A DNA stretch of 64,000 bases from an uncultured Fibrobacteraceae bacterium (GTDB lineage: Bacteria; Krumholzibacteriota; Krumholzibacteriia; LZORAL124-64-63): assembly GCA_964476155.1 (NCBI GenBank), contig CAYYYS010000013.1, positions 910 through 64,909 of the forward strand. The letters are read 5' to 3'. This document shows, in pieces, positions 56,324-64,000 of the stretch. The notes beneath the pieces were generated by a model. It did no database searches and had not been told where the DNA came from. It saw only the letters and a list, made by a program, of their open reading frames with translations. The position numbers and the translations under genes are program-made. Each line of letters opens with the position of its first letter. Position 1 is the stretch's first letter.

Positions 56324-57730
56324 TCAGGATCCGCTGAAGATCCGCACGGTCTTCCAGCGGCCCGACTGGAACCGTCCCCACAACGCCGCCGCCTGCAGCA
56401 GATAGCAGACCGAGCCACCAAGCCAGGCCGTGGTCACGTCGCCGCCCCGGTGGACGATCAGGTACCACGCCATGGGCAGGAACAGACCCCACATGATGAA
56501 CAGGGTGACCAGCATGACCGACCGCGTGTCGCCCGCTCCGGTCAGGATGCCGCTGCCGACCATCCGCATGCCGTCGGCGAACTGGAAACCCGCGGCGATC
56601 AGGACCAGCGAACCGGCAAAGGCCAGCACGGCCGGATCGTCGGTGAAGATCCGGAACAGGTTGCCGCGGGCGGCCGAGTAGATCGCCACGAGGGTCAGAC
56701 AGTAGTAGAGGCCCAGCTTGTAGACCTGGCGACCATAGGATGCCGCCCGGTCGGGACGCCTCGCGCCCACCTCGTTGCCGGTCAGCACCGAGCCGGCGGT
56801 GGTCAGGCCCCACATGGGCATGAACGAGAACGAGAGCAGCTGGATGGTGATCTGGCTCGCCGCCAGGGACACCGCGCCGGCCCGTCCGATCAGGGCCGTG
56901 AATACGGCGATGGAACTCATGTCGATGAATCCTTCGAGAGCCGAGGGCTGGCCCACGCGGATGAGTTCCATGATGGCGCGGGGATCGATACGACGGGGCA
57001 CGTGGATGCGGTAGCGACGCCGGTTCTCACGTGGCATTACGGCGACCACGATCAGGATCAGGGCGTTGATGGTGGTGCCGATGGACGTGGCGATGGCCGC
57101 GCCCTTGACGCCCATCGAAGGCACGGCCAGCAGTGTCGTGCCGCCGATGTCGAAGCCGCTCCAGCCGAAGATCAGCCACAGGTCGAGCACCGCGTTGAGC
57201 GCGTTGGCGAAGAGGCCGGCCCACATGGGCGTGCGCACGTCGCGCCGGCCCTGGAAATAGCCCGTCAACGCAAAGAGCACCTGGGTGAAGACCGCGCTCA
57301 GGGTGCGCCATTTGATATAGGTGTAGGTAGCCGCGGTCACGTCGGGCGGGTTCTTGATCAGCGGCAGGAACTCGAAGCTATAGTAGCCGAGGATCGTGAG
57401 CAGCGTGCCGGTGGTCAGCGACAGGTAGACCGTTTGCCAGGTGTAGTGCCCGACGGCCTCGTCGTCCCCCTTGCCATGGGCCTGGGCCACGAAGGTGTTG
57501 CTGATGCGACTGAGGTTGTTGACCAGGCTGTAAGAGGCCCAGGTCAACATGCCGCCCAGGCCGGCCGCGCCGAGTGCCAGGCTGGAGAAGTGGCCGAGGA
57601 AGATGGTGTCGACGGTCCACATGAGCGTCATCGACAATGTCGTCATCACGATCGGAGTCGCGAGCGCTATGATCTCGCGTCCGTGGTGGATGCGTAGTTT
57701 GTTCATTGGGGTATGCTTCTTCTCATTCAT
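56324..57730 (-). CDS. MATE-family efflux transporter
   Basis: About 12 TM; VDTIFLG, GKGD, NAVLDLWLIFG, GVKGAAIAT, GAGDT. Confidence 0.9.
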   Translation of the reverse strand: MNEKKHTPMNKLRIHHGREIIALATPIVMTTLSMTLMWTVDTIFLGHFSSLALGAAGLGGMLTWASYSLVNNLSRISNTFVAQAHGKGDDEAVGHYTWQTVYLSLTTGTLLTILGYYSFEFLPLIKNPPDVTAATYTYIKWRTLSAVFTQVLFALTGYFQGRRDVRTPMWAGLFANALNAVLDLWLIFGWSGFDIGGTTLLAVPSMGVKGAAIATSIGTTINALILIVVAVMPRENRRRYRIHVPRRIDPRAIMELIRVGQPSALEGFIDMSSIAVFTALIGRAGAVSLAASQITIQLLSFSFMPMWGLTTAGSVLTGNEVGARRPDRAASYGRQVYKLGLYYCLTLVAIYSAARGNLFRIFTDDPAVLAFAGSLVLIAAGFQFADGMRMVGSGILTGAGDTRSVMLVTLFIMWGLFLPMAWYLIVHRGGDVTTAWLGGSVCYLLQAAALWGRFQSGRWKTVRIFSGS

Positions 57731-57754
57731 GATCGTGGCAACATAGTTGGTCCG

Positions 57755-58016
57755 CTCATCTTATGACAAGCTCTGCTTGATTGAATACGGCGAGGGATCG
57801 GCTTAGATGGGGGCCGGCCATGGAGGTGTACGGGTTTCTCACCGGGGCGCTCGTCGACGACATCCTGTCGTCGGCTTGCTCGGCCTTCGGAGCTCTCCGC
57901 CATCCATGGCTCCGTGCTCCTGCGGACGCCCGGTGAGAAACCCGTACACCTCCATGACCTCCATCTAAGCCGATCCCTCGCCGTATTCGATCAAGGAGCG
58001 GTTGCCATTGGATGAG
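57755..58016. mobile_element. About 260-bp long-hairpin element with flanking direct repeat
   Basis: Two perfect 28-bp IRs (57783-57810 / 57961-57988; 57819-57846 / 57929-57956); TGGTCCGCT at 57748-57756 and 58017-58025. Confidence 0.7.
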
Positions 58017-58071
58017 TGGTCCGCTACGTTGCGAATTCGTGGAAGTTGCACACCCTGAGGACTAGCTGGAT

Positions 58072-59397
58072 ATGACGCTGATTATCGAACCCGCTGGTGG
58101 GCCTTTGTTCGGGACCGTGACGGTGCCGGGGGACAAGTCTGTTTCGCATCGGGCGGCCCTGTTTGCGCCGCTGGGGTCTGGGGCTTGCCGGATTTCCGGG
58201 TGGCTGGAGGCGGAGGATACGGGGCGGTCCTTGACGGCTGTTGAGAGTCTTGGGGCCGAGGTGGAACGTGATGGAGGAGATCTTGTGATCTCGCCGGGAT
58301 CGTTTCCCGGAATCGGAGCCGCGGCAGCCGACAGTCCCGTCATCGACATCGATTGCGGCAACAGCGGGACGACGACGCGGTTGCTGATGGGGTTGCTGGC
58401 CGGTCGACGTGTTCGGGTGCGGTTGGACGGGGATGCGAGTCTGCGGTCGCGGCCCATGGCCCGGGTTGCGGATCCTTTGCGGCTGATGGGCGCGCGCATT
58501 ACCTACGAAGGCGAGGACGGACGGCTGCCGGTGCTGATCGAGGGGTCGTCCCTGACCGGGATCGACTATCGGTTGCCGGTCGCATCGGCGCAGCTCAAGT
58601 CGGCGCTGTTGTTGGCGGGGCCGTGCGCGACGGGTGCGACGATCGTCAAGGGCGGCGGCGTGTCGCGCGACCACACCGAGAAACTGCTGATCGCCATGGG
58701 CGCCGATCTCACCGAGGACGACGATTCCTGCACACTACGCGCCGGCCGATCCCTCGAACTTTCGGACATCACCGTGCCGGGCGATCCGTCGAGCGCCGCT
58801 TTTCTGCTGGCCGCCGCGGCGCTCGTTCCGGGCAGCGAAGTGGTCGTGGCGGGGATGATGATCAATCCGACGCGGGCGCATTATCTGGGCTCGATGAACG
58901 CCATGTCGGTGCCCTTGGCTATTCATCGGGACGAGGCGGCGTCCGTGGAACCAGTCGGTACAGTGACCGCGTCCCATGGAGTCCTGCGGGCCTGTGAGAT
59001 CGGCGGCGGCGGGATTCCCGCGCTGATCGACGAGTTGCCGCTGCTGGCCGTGCTGGCGGCGCGCGCCGAGGGTGTCACCCGGATCAGGGACGCGCGGGAA
59101 CTGCGCTTCAAGGAGTCGGATCGCATCGCTACCACGGCGGCCGGACTGCGCGCGCTGGGGGTTGAGGTGGTCGAGTACGACGACGGTCTGGATATCGTCG
59201 GTTGTCCGGACGGCTTCCCGACCGATGGCGTCGCGGAGATCGTCACCTACGGCGACCATCGCATCGCCATGGCCTTCGCCGTGGCCGGGCTGGCCTCGCG
59301 CGGGGGCGTGACGCTGGACGACGACGCTTGTGTGGCTGTATCATTCCCGGACTTCTTTTCCGTCCTCGCGGATCTGCAGCAAGGAGACGTTTCATGA
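58072..59397 (+). CDS. aroA: 3-phosphoshikimate 1-carboxyvinyltransferase
   Basis: PGDKSVSHRA, CGNSGTTTRL, SAQLKSA, PGDPSSAAF, ELRFKESDRI, DHRIAM. Confidence 0.97.
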   Translation: MTLIIEPAGGPLFGTVTVPGDKSVSHRAALFAPLGSGACRISGWLEAEDTGRSLTAVESLGAEVERDGGDLVISPGSFPGIGAAAADSPVIDIDCGNSGTTTRLLMGLLAGRRVRVRLDGDASLRSRPMARVADPLRLMGARITYEGEDGRLPVLIEGSSLTGIDYRLPVASAQLKSALLLAGPCATGATIVKGGGVSRDHTEKLLIAMGADLTEDDDSCTLRAGRSLELSDITVPGDPSSAAFLLAAAALVPGSEVVVAGMMINPTRAHYLGSMNAMSVPLAIHRDEAASVEPVGTVTASHGVLRACEIGGGGIPALIDELPLLAVLAARAEGVTRIRDARELRFKESDRIATTAAGLRALGVEVVEYDDGLDIVGCPDGFPTDGVAEIVTYGDHRIAMAFAVAGLASRGGVTLDDDACVAVSFPDFFSVLADLQQGDVS

Positions 59398-60512
59398 GAT
59401 GCCTGCTCGCGGGCGAGAGCCACGGCCCGGCCCTGGTCTCGGTGATCGAGGGATTCCCCGCCGGCCTGCGTCTGCGCGAGGCCGACCTGGACTATGAGTT
59501 GTCGCGCCGACTCGAAGGCTACGGCCGGGGTCCGCGGGCCCAGTCCATCGAGACCGACGCCTGCCGGATTCTGAGCGGACTCTGGAAAGGGCGCACGCTC
59601 GGATCACCCCTGGCGGTGATGATCGAGAACCGCGACTTCGCCAAGCGGGGCGGCAAACCCCATCCCGACTGGCCCGCACCGCGCCCCGGTCACGCCGATC
59701 TGCCCGGCCGCCTGCGCTACGGCTACGACGGTTTCGCGCCGGTGGCCGAACGCGCCAGCGCCCGTTCGACCGCCGGCGTGGTGGCGATCGGCGCCTGCGC
59801 CAAAACGCTGCTGCACGAGCTGGGGATCGAGGTCTGGAGCCACACGATCGCTCTCGCGGGTATCGTGGCCGAGGGCCCCGAGCCGACCGTGAGGCGTTTG
59901 CGCCGCGTGCGCCGGGGAACGCCCCTGCGTTGTCTGGATCGTGCCGCCGAGAAAGCCATGATCGCGCGTATCGACGAGGCCAAAGCCGAGGGCGTGACCC
60001 TCGGGGGCGTGACCGAAGTCATCGCCTTCGGCGTGCCGGCCGGTCTAGGCTCGTACGCCCAACCGGATCGTCGCCTGGACGCCCTGCTGACCGGCGCCCT
60101 GGTGTCGATTCCCAGCGTGAAGGCCGCCGAGATCGGCGACGGCGTGAGCATCGCCGGGCGCGATGGACAGTCGGCCCACGACGAACTCTTTCCCGACGGC
60201 CGGGGCGGTGTCCGGCGCGAGACCAACCGCGCCGGCGGCCTCGAGGGCGGCGTCACCAACGGTGAAGTGATTTGCGCGCGGGCCTACGTGAAACCCATCT
60301 CGACCCAACGCAAGGGTCTGCGCAGCGTGGACGTGAAGACCGGCAAGCCCAGGCGGGGCTCGTGGGTCCGCTCGGATATCTGCGTGGTGCCGGCGGCCGG
60401 CGTCATCGCCGAAGCCGTCGTGGCCTGGGAACTGGCCGACGAACTGATCCGCACCCTGGGGGAGTGTCCCCTGGACGAACTCAAGACACGCTTCGACAGG
60501 ATATCAACATGA
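59394..60512 (+). CDS. aroC: Chorismate synthase
   Basis: GESHG, RPGHADL, ERASARST, NRAGGLEGGVTNG, KPIST, RSDIC. Confidence 0.96.
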   Translation: MRCLLAGESHGPALVSVIEGFPAGLRLREADLDYELSRRLEGYGRGPRAQSIETDACRILSGLWKGRTLGSPLAVMIENRDFAKRGGKPHPDWPAPRPGHADLPGRLRYGYDGFAPVAERASARSTAGVVAIGACAKTLLHELGIEVWSHTIALAGIVAEGPEPTVRRLRRVRRGTPLRCLDRAAEKAMIARIDEAKAEGVTLGGVTEVIAFGVPAGLGSYAQPDRRLDALLTGALVSIPSVKAAEIGDGVSIAGRDGQSAHDELFPDGRGGVRRETNRAGGLEGGVTNGEVICARAYVKPISTQRKGLRSVDVKTGKPRRGSWVRSDICVVPAAGVIAEAVVAWELADELIRTLGECPLDELKTRFDRIST

Positions 60513-61765
60513 GCGACGTCAAACTGCCCCAAGCCGATTTCCTGCCCATCATGAAGGAGCGCGGCTTCTTTAAGCAATGCACCGACGAAGAGACGCTGGT
60601 CGCACTGCTCCAGGCGGAAACCGTGACCGGCTACATCGGCTTCGATCCCACCGCCGACTCGCTGCACATCGGCAGCATGGTGCCGATCATGGGACTGGTG
60701 CACCTGCAGCGTCACGGGCATCGCCCCATCGCCATCGCCGGCGGCGGCACCGCCCTGGTGGGCGATCCCAGCGGCAAGACCGAACTGCGCAAGATGTTGA
60801 CCCTCGACCAGATCAACGAGAACCTCGAGGGTATCAAGGCACAGCTGTCCCACTTCATCGACTTCGGCGACGGCCCCACCGACGGCCTGCTGATCAACAA
60901 CGCCGACTGGCTGCAGGACTGGTCGTACATCGATTTCCTGCGCGACATCGGCCGCCACTTCAGCGTCAACGTGATGCTCTCGCGCGATTCGGTGAAGAGC
61001 CGCCTGGAGACGGGCATGTCCTTCATCGAACTCAACTACATGATCCTGCAGGCCTACGACTTCATGGTGCTCAACAAGGACTACGGCTGTCGTCTGCAGA
61101 TGGGCGGCGACGACCAGTGGGGCAACATCGTTTCGGGCATCGACCTCACCCGCCGCGTCAACCGGCAGGAAGTCTACGGGCTGACTTTTCCGCTCATCGC
61201 GACGGCGACCGGCGCCAAGATGGGCAAGACCGCCGCGGGTGCCGTTTGGCTCGATGCCAAGCGCACCAGTCCCTACGATTTTTTCCAGTACTGGGTGAAC
61301 GTGGACGACCGGGATGTGGAGCGCTTCCTCGGCCTCTACACCCTGTTGCCCATGGACGAAGTGCGGCGGCTCGCGGCCCTGCAGGGCGCCGACATCCGCG
61401 AGGCCAAGCGCACGCTGGCTTTCGAGGTGACGAAGTTGGTGCACGGCGAGGCACAGGCGGCGGCGGCCGAGAAAGCGGCGGCGGCCCTGTTCGGCGGCGG
61501 CGCCGAGGCCGGTTCGATCCCGTCGAGCCAACGGCCCGCGGCCGATCTGGACGGCGACGGCCTGCCCCTGATCGACGCCCTGGCCGACAGCGGCCTGGCC
61601 AAGAGCAAGGGCGAGGCGCGGCGGTTGATTCGCCAGGGAGGCATCAGGATCAACGGCGAGAAGATCGCCGACGAGATGCGCGCCCTCGTGTCGAACGACG
61701 TGCAGGATGGCAAGATCGCCCTGCAGGCGGGCAAGAAACGACATCATCACATCCACGTGGAGTGA
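60509..61765 (+). CDS. tyrS: Tyrosine--tRNA ligase
   Basis: GFDPTADSLHIG, QAYDF, QMGGDDQWGNI, KMGKT; C-terminal S4 domain. Confidence 0.97.
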   Translation: MSDVKLPQADFLPIMKERGFFKQCTDEETLVALLQAETVTGYIGFDPTADSLHIGSMVPIMGLVHLQRHGHRPIAIAGGGTALVGDPSGKTELRKMLTLDQINENLEGIKAQLSHFIDFGDGPTDGLLINNADWLQDWSYIDFLRDIGRHFSVNVMLSRDSVKSRLETGMSFIELNYMILQAYDFMVLNKDYGCRLQMGGDDQWGNIVSGIDLTRRVNRQEVYGLTFPLIATATGAKMGKTAAGAVWLDAKRTSPYDFFQYWVNVDDRDVERFLGLYTLLPMDEVRRLAALQGADIREAKRTLAFEVTKLVHGEAQAAAAEKAAAALFGGGAEAGSIPSSQRPAADLDGDGLPLIDALADSGLAKSKGEARRLIRQGGIRINGEKIADEMRALVSNDVQDGKIALQAGKKRHHHIHVE

Positions 61766-62042
61766 CGGCGACCGCGCCGACGTCGATATCATCGCCGGCG
61801 TGACCGCACTGCTCGACGCCCATTCCGAACTCGACCGTGAAAATGTCGGCTGCTATGGCGGATCCTATGCGGGCTTTACTACCATGAGCCTGCTGACCGG
61901 GACGGATAACTTTGCCGATGAGGGTCACGGAATCTCCGGCAGCTGGGAGAATCGCGTCGCTCACCGCACCATGATGCTCGAGTATTTCGAACGTTGGCTT
62001 CGGGATCGCCCCGCCGCGTGGGAGGCGCGTTGGCAAGAATGA
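61766..62042 (+). pseudogene. Remnant of an S9 (prolyl oligopeptidase/acylaminoacyl peptidase) gene
   Basis: GGSYAGF nucleophile elbow followed within about 15 aa by the EGHG catalytic-His motif; no N-terminus or credible start. Confidence 0.72.
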
Positions 62043-62464
62043 CGGAACTGATCAAGAAACTGAATCCGGCCGTGCCCCGCGGTGTGTTGCCGGTCCTGGC
62101 GGGTACCGTATGGGGTCTCGTGGGACTCATGCTTTGTGTCCGTGCCGCAGGTTGGTTGTCGATCGCACCCTTGCCGTCCGGCGCCTTGGCCGTGGCCGTC
62201 GGTCTGGTTCTGGCCGCCGTCATGATCCGCATGAGCTTTGTACCCCTGGTGCGCAAGAATCTCGTGCGCCTGGCCCAGCGCCCCGCGCGGACCTGTTTGT
62301 TTTCCATGTTCGCCTGGCGCAGCTGGGCTATCGCCCTGGTCATGTCGGTGGGCGGCGTGGTCATACGCCACAGCAGCGCCCCGAAACTGCCGCTGGCCGC
62401 CATGTATGTCGGCATGGGATTATCCCTGCTCGCCGGCTCGGTCCTGTATTTCCGGTCTCGTTAA
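62039..62464 (+). CDS. Hypothetical 4-TM membrane protein
   Basis: Hydrophobic segments LAGTVWGLVGLML, WAIALVMSVGG, YVGMGLSL; ATGA overlap. Confidence 0.7.
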   Translation: MTELIKKLNPAVPRGVLPVLAGTVWGLVGLMLCVRAAGWLSIAPLPSGALAVAVGLVLAAVMIRMSFVPLVRKNLVRLAQRPARTCLFSMFAWRSWAIALVMSVGGVVIRHSSAPKLPLAAMYVGMGLSLLAGSVLYFRSR

Positions 62465-62612
62465 ACACCATTATTTTACCCGGATATTGTCATTGCAAAA
62501 TCGAGGCGGTGTGACACAATCGGCTGACCGTTTCGTTATAGAACAAACAACTATTGCGCTGCTGCACGGAAGCGAACTATCTTCAATTGAACGCCACGGA
62601 TTGGGGGATCCC

Positions 62613-63098
62613 ATGAGTTCCGTCCAAACGCTCATCGCCGCTTTTGCCGACGAGGATCGCAGACTGCGCGATCTTGCGCTTATGTATCCGCCCGTTTTTC
62701 GCGACGTTCCGCCGACGAGCGGCAAGCTCAGCCTCAAGCAGACCCTCGGCCACCTGGCTTTCTGGGATCGTTTTACGGTCAAGTTTTTCGAGTCCCGTAT
62801 ACATGATGCCGATGTGGATGCGCCGAGTCTCGGCGAGATCGAGAACCGCAACCGCGAAGAGCTGGCCCGTATCTACGACATGCCCTATGAGCAGGTGCTA
62901 GACCTCTATAATCGCGCCACGTCCGACATACAGAATTTCCTGCGCGAACATTGGACGGACCTGGACGAAACCGAGCACGGCAATTTCAACATTCCCCTGA
63001 AGCATCGCCGGCATCACCGGCGTCTGCTGCAGAAGGCCCTGGCGGTCTTCGCACCCGAATTGATGGTCGGGGATGAGGCCCAGGCGAAGGCCGGCTGA
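62613..63098 (+). CDS. DinB/DUF1706-like four-helix-bundle protein
   Basis: LSLKQTLGHLAFWD and HRRHH motifs. Confidence 0.6.
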   Translation: MSSVQTLIAAFADEDRRLRDLALMYPPVFRDVPPTSGKLSLKQTLGHLAFWDRFTVKFFESRIHDADVDAPSLGEIENRNREELARIYDMPYEQVLDLYNRATSDIQNFLREHWTDLDETEHGNFNIPLKHRRHHRRLLQKALAVFAPELMVGDEAQAKAG

Positions 63099-63121
63099 TC
63101 CGGACCCGGCTGGAACGTATC

Positions 63122-63148
63122 GAGGGCGCCCCTGATTGGGGCGCCCTC
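63122..63148. terminator. Hairpin terminator between convergent genes
   Basis: GAGGGCGCCCC-TGATT-GGGGCGCCCTC. Confidence 0.6.
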
Positions 63149-63173
63149 ATCTTGTTGGCGTGATGCTGTCGGA

Positions 63174-63998
63174 TCAGTCGAAGTCGGCCTCGAGACCGGC
63201 CATAAATAGGTCGAGGGTCGTGAAGTAGCTGTCCGAATCATGGGTCGATAAGCTCATCTTGCGGACCGGACCCACACCGGGACAGTACCAGATCGTATCC
63301 TCACCTTCCTCGTAGATGTCTACACCGTCAGTCAGCTCGTACTCCATGGTCATTTTGACGCAGTCCAGCCAGACTATCGGGGGAGTGTCGTCTTCCTTGG
63401 CGTGAAAACCGGGGTGTTCGATGTTGAAGACTCCGGGATGGACCGTGATGGTGTACTCGACCTGTGTCGGTCCCTCCACGGGTACCGGCGAGAAGGTCGA
63501 CGTCCCGCTCCAGGAACTCTCTACCATCGGCATCCTGAGCAGATCGACGGGCGGGGTGAAGGTGATGTCCATGGTCTCGGCCTTGCCGACAGGATCGTCT
63601 TCCTCGTGGAAGCCCAGAAATTGGACAGCCGAGCCGGTCAGCTTCAGGCGGTCGTAGTCCACGAAGGGAAATTCTTCCGACTTGTGGGCCATGTCCGCAC
63701 CCTCGAACCCCCAGCGCCAGAACTCGCCGTCTGTTTTCGTCTCGTACATGGTCGCCGCGAAGAGCTCCCCGGAAGCTTTCGTCGGTTCATCGGTCCAGGT
63801 GCCGAAGTAGAGCATGGTGTACGTGTCGACAACCGGGAAGAAATCGGCCGTTCCCGCAACGGTGACTTCCCATTCGATGGTCGTGCTGTTGACGTTGCCG
63901 TACATATCCGCATAGGAGTCGAAGGTCGCGGCCAGGATGGCTCCCGGGATCAGGGGCGCATTCAGATCGACCGTGAACACCGTGTGGTTATCGGACCA
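63174..63998 (-). CDS. Hypothetical acidic beta-rich protein, partial (runs off window end)
   Basis: Frame open to the window edge; C-terminal IWYCPGVGPVRK motif. Confidence 0.6.
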   Translation of the reverse strand, partial: WSDNHTVFTVDLNAPLIPGAILAATFDSYADMYGNVNSTTIEWEVTVAGTADFFPVVDTYTMLYFGTWTDEPTKASGELFAATMYETKTDGEFWRWGFEGADMAHKSEEFPFVDYDRLKLTGSAVQFLGFHEEDDPVGKAETMDITFTPPVDLLRMPMVESSWSGTSTFSPVPVEGPTQVEYTITVHPGVFNIEHPGFHAKEDDTPPIVWLDCVKMTMEYELTDGVDIYEEGEDTIWYCPGVGPVRKMSLSTHDSDSYFTTLDLFMAGLEADFD

Positions 63999-64000
63999 GA

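Noticed and set aside
1-64000. Autonomous IS, integrase or prophage that could mobilise the hairpin elements
   Set aside because: No DDE, HUH, recombinase or phage structural motifs in any ORF; a helper would have to be elsewhere.

Overview
GC-rich bacterial chromosome segment, mostly housekeeping genes on the + strand: murA (partial), selB, ispG, deaD, yicC-gmk-rpoZ-coaBC-UDG, dnaB, mlaEFD, radA-ispD, korDABC, aroA-aroC-tyrS. These are interspersed with secreted and outer-membrane proteins and one mazEF-type module. I found no rRNA, tRNA, CRISPR array, transposase or prophage. The C-terminal tails of the secreted proteins suggest an uncultured FCB-adjacent lineage such as Ca. Krumholzibacteriota (inference only). 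Main leads: (1) three signal-peptide proteins end in the same 10-residue motif [TS][WF]Gx[VL]KxL[FY][RQ], a candidate sorting signal that coexists with three T9SS/FlgD-like C-terminal domains. (2) A two-gene operon pairs DUF4254 with a 988-aa tandem nucleotidyltransferase whose active-site motifs match neither GlnE nor GlnD. (3) Four long-hairpin, MITE-like elements: two 164-bp TA-flanked copies sit in stop codons and show 9 compensatory base-pair changes, one rewrote the radA C-terminus, and one has a flanking direct repeat. (4) A three-copy intergenic repeat joins a perfect DnaA box to a parS-like CACGTG palindrome, and a DnaA-box cluster lies upstream of dnaB. All family calls come from motif recognition; no database search was run, so novelty is unverified.
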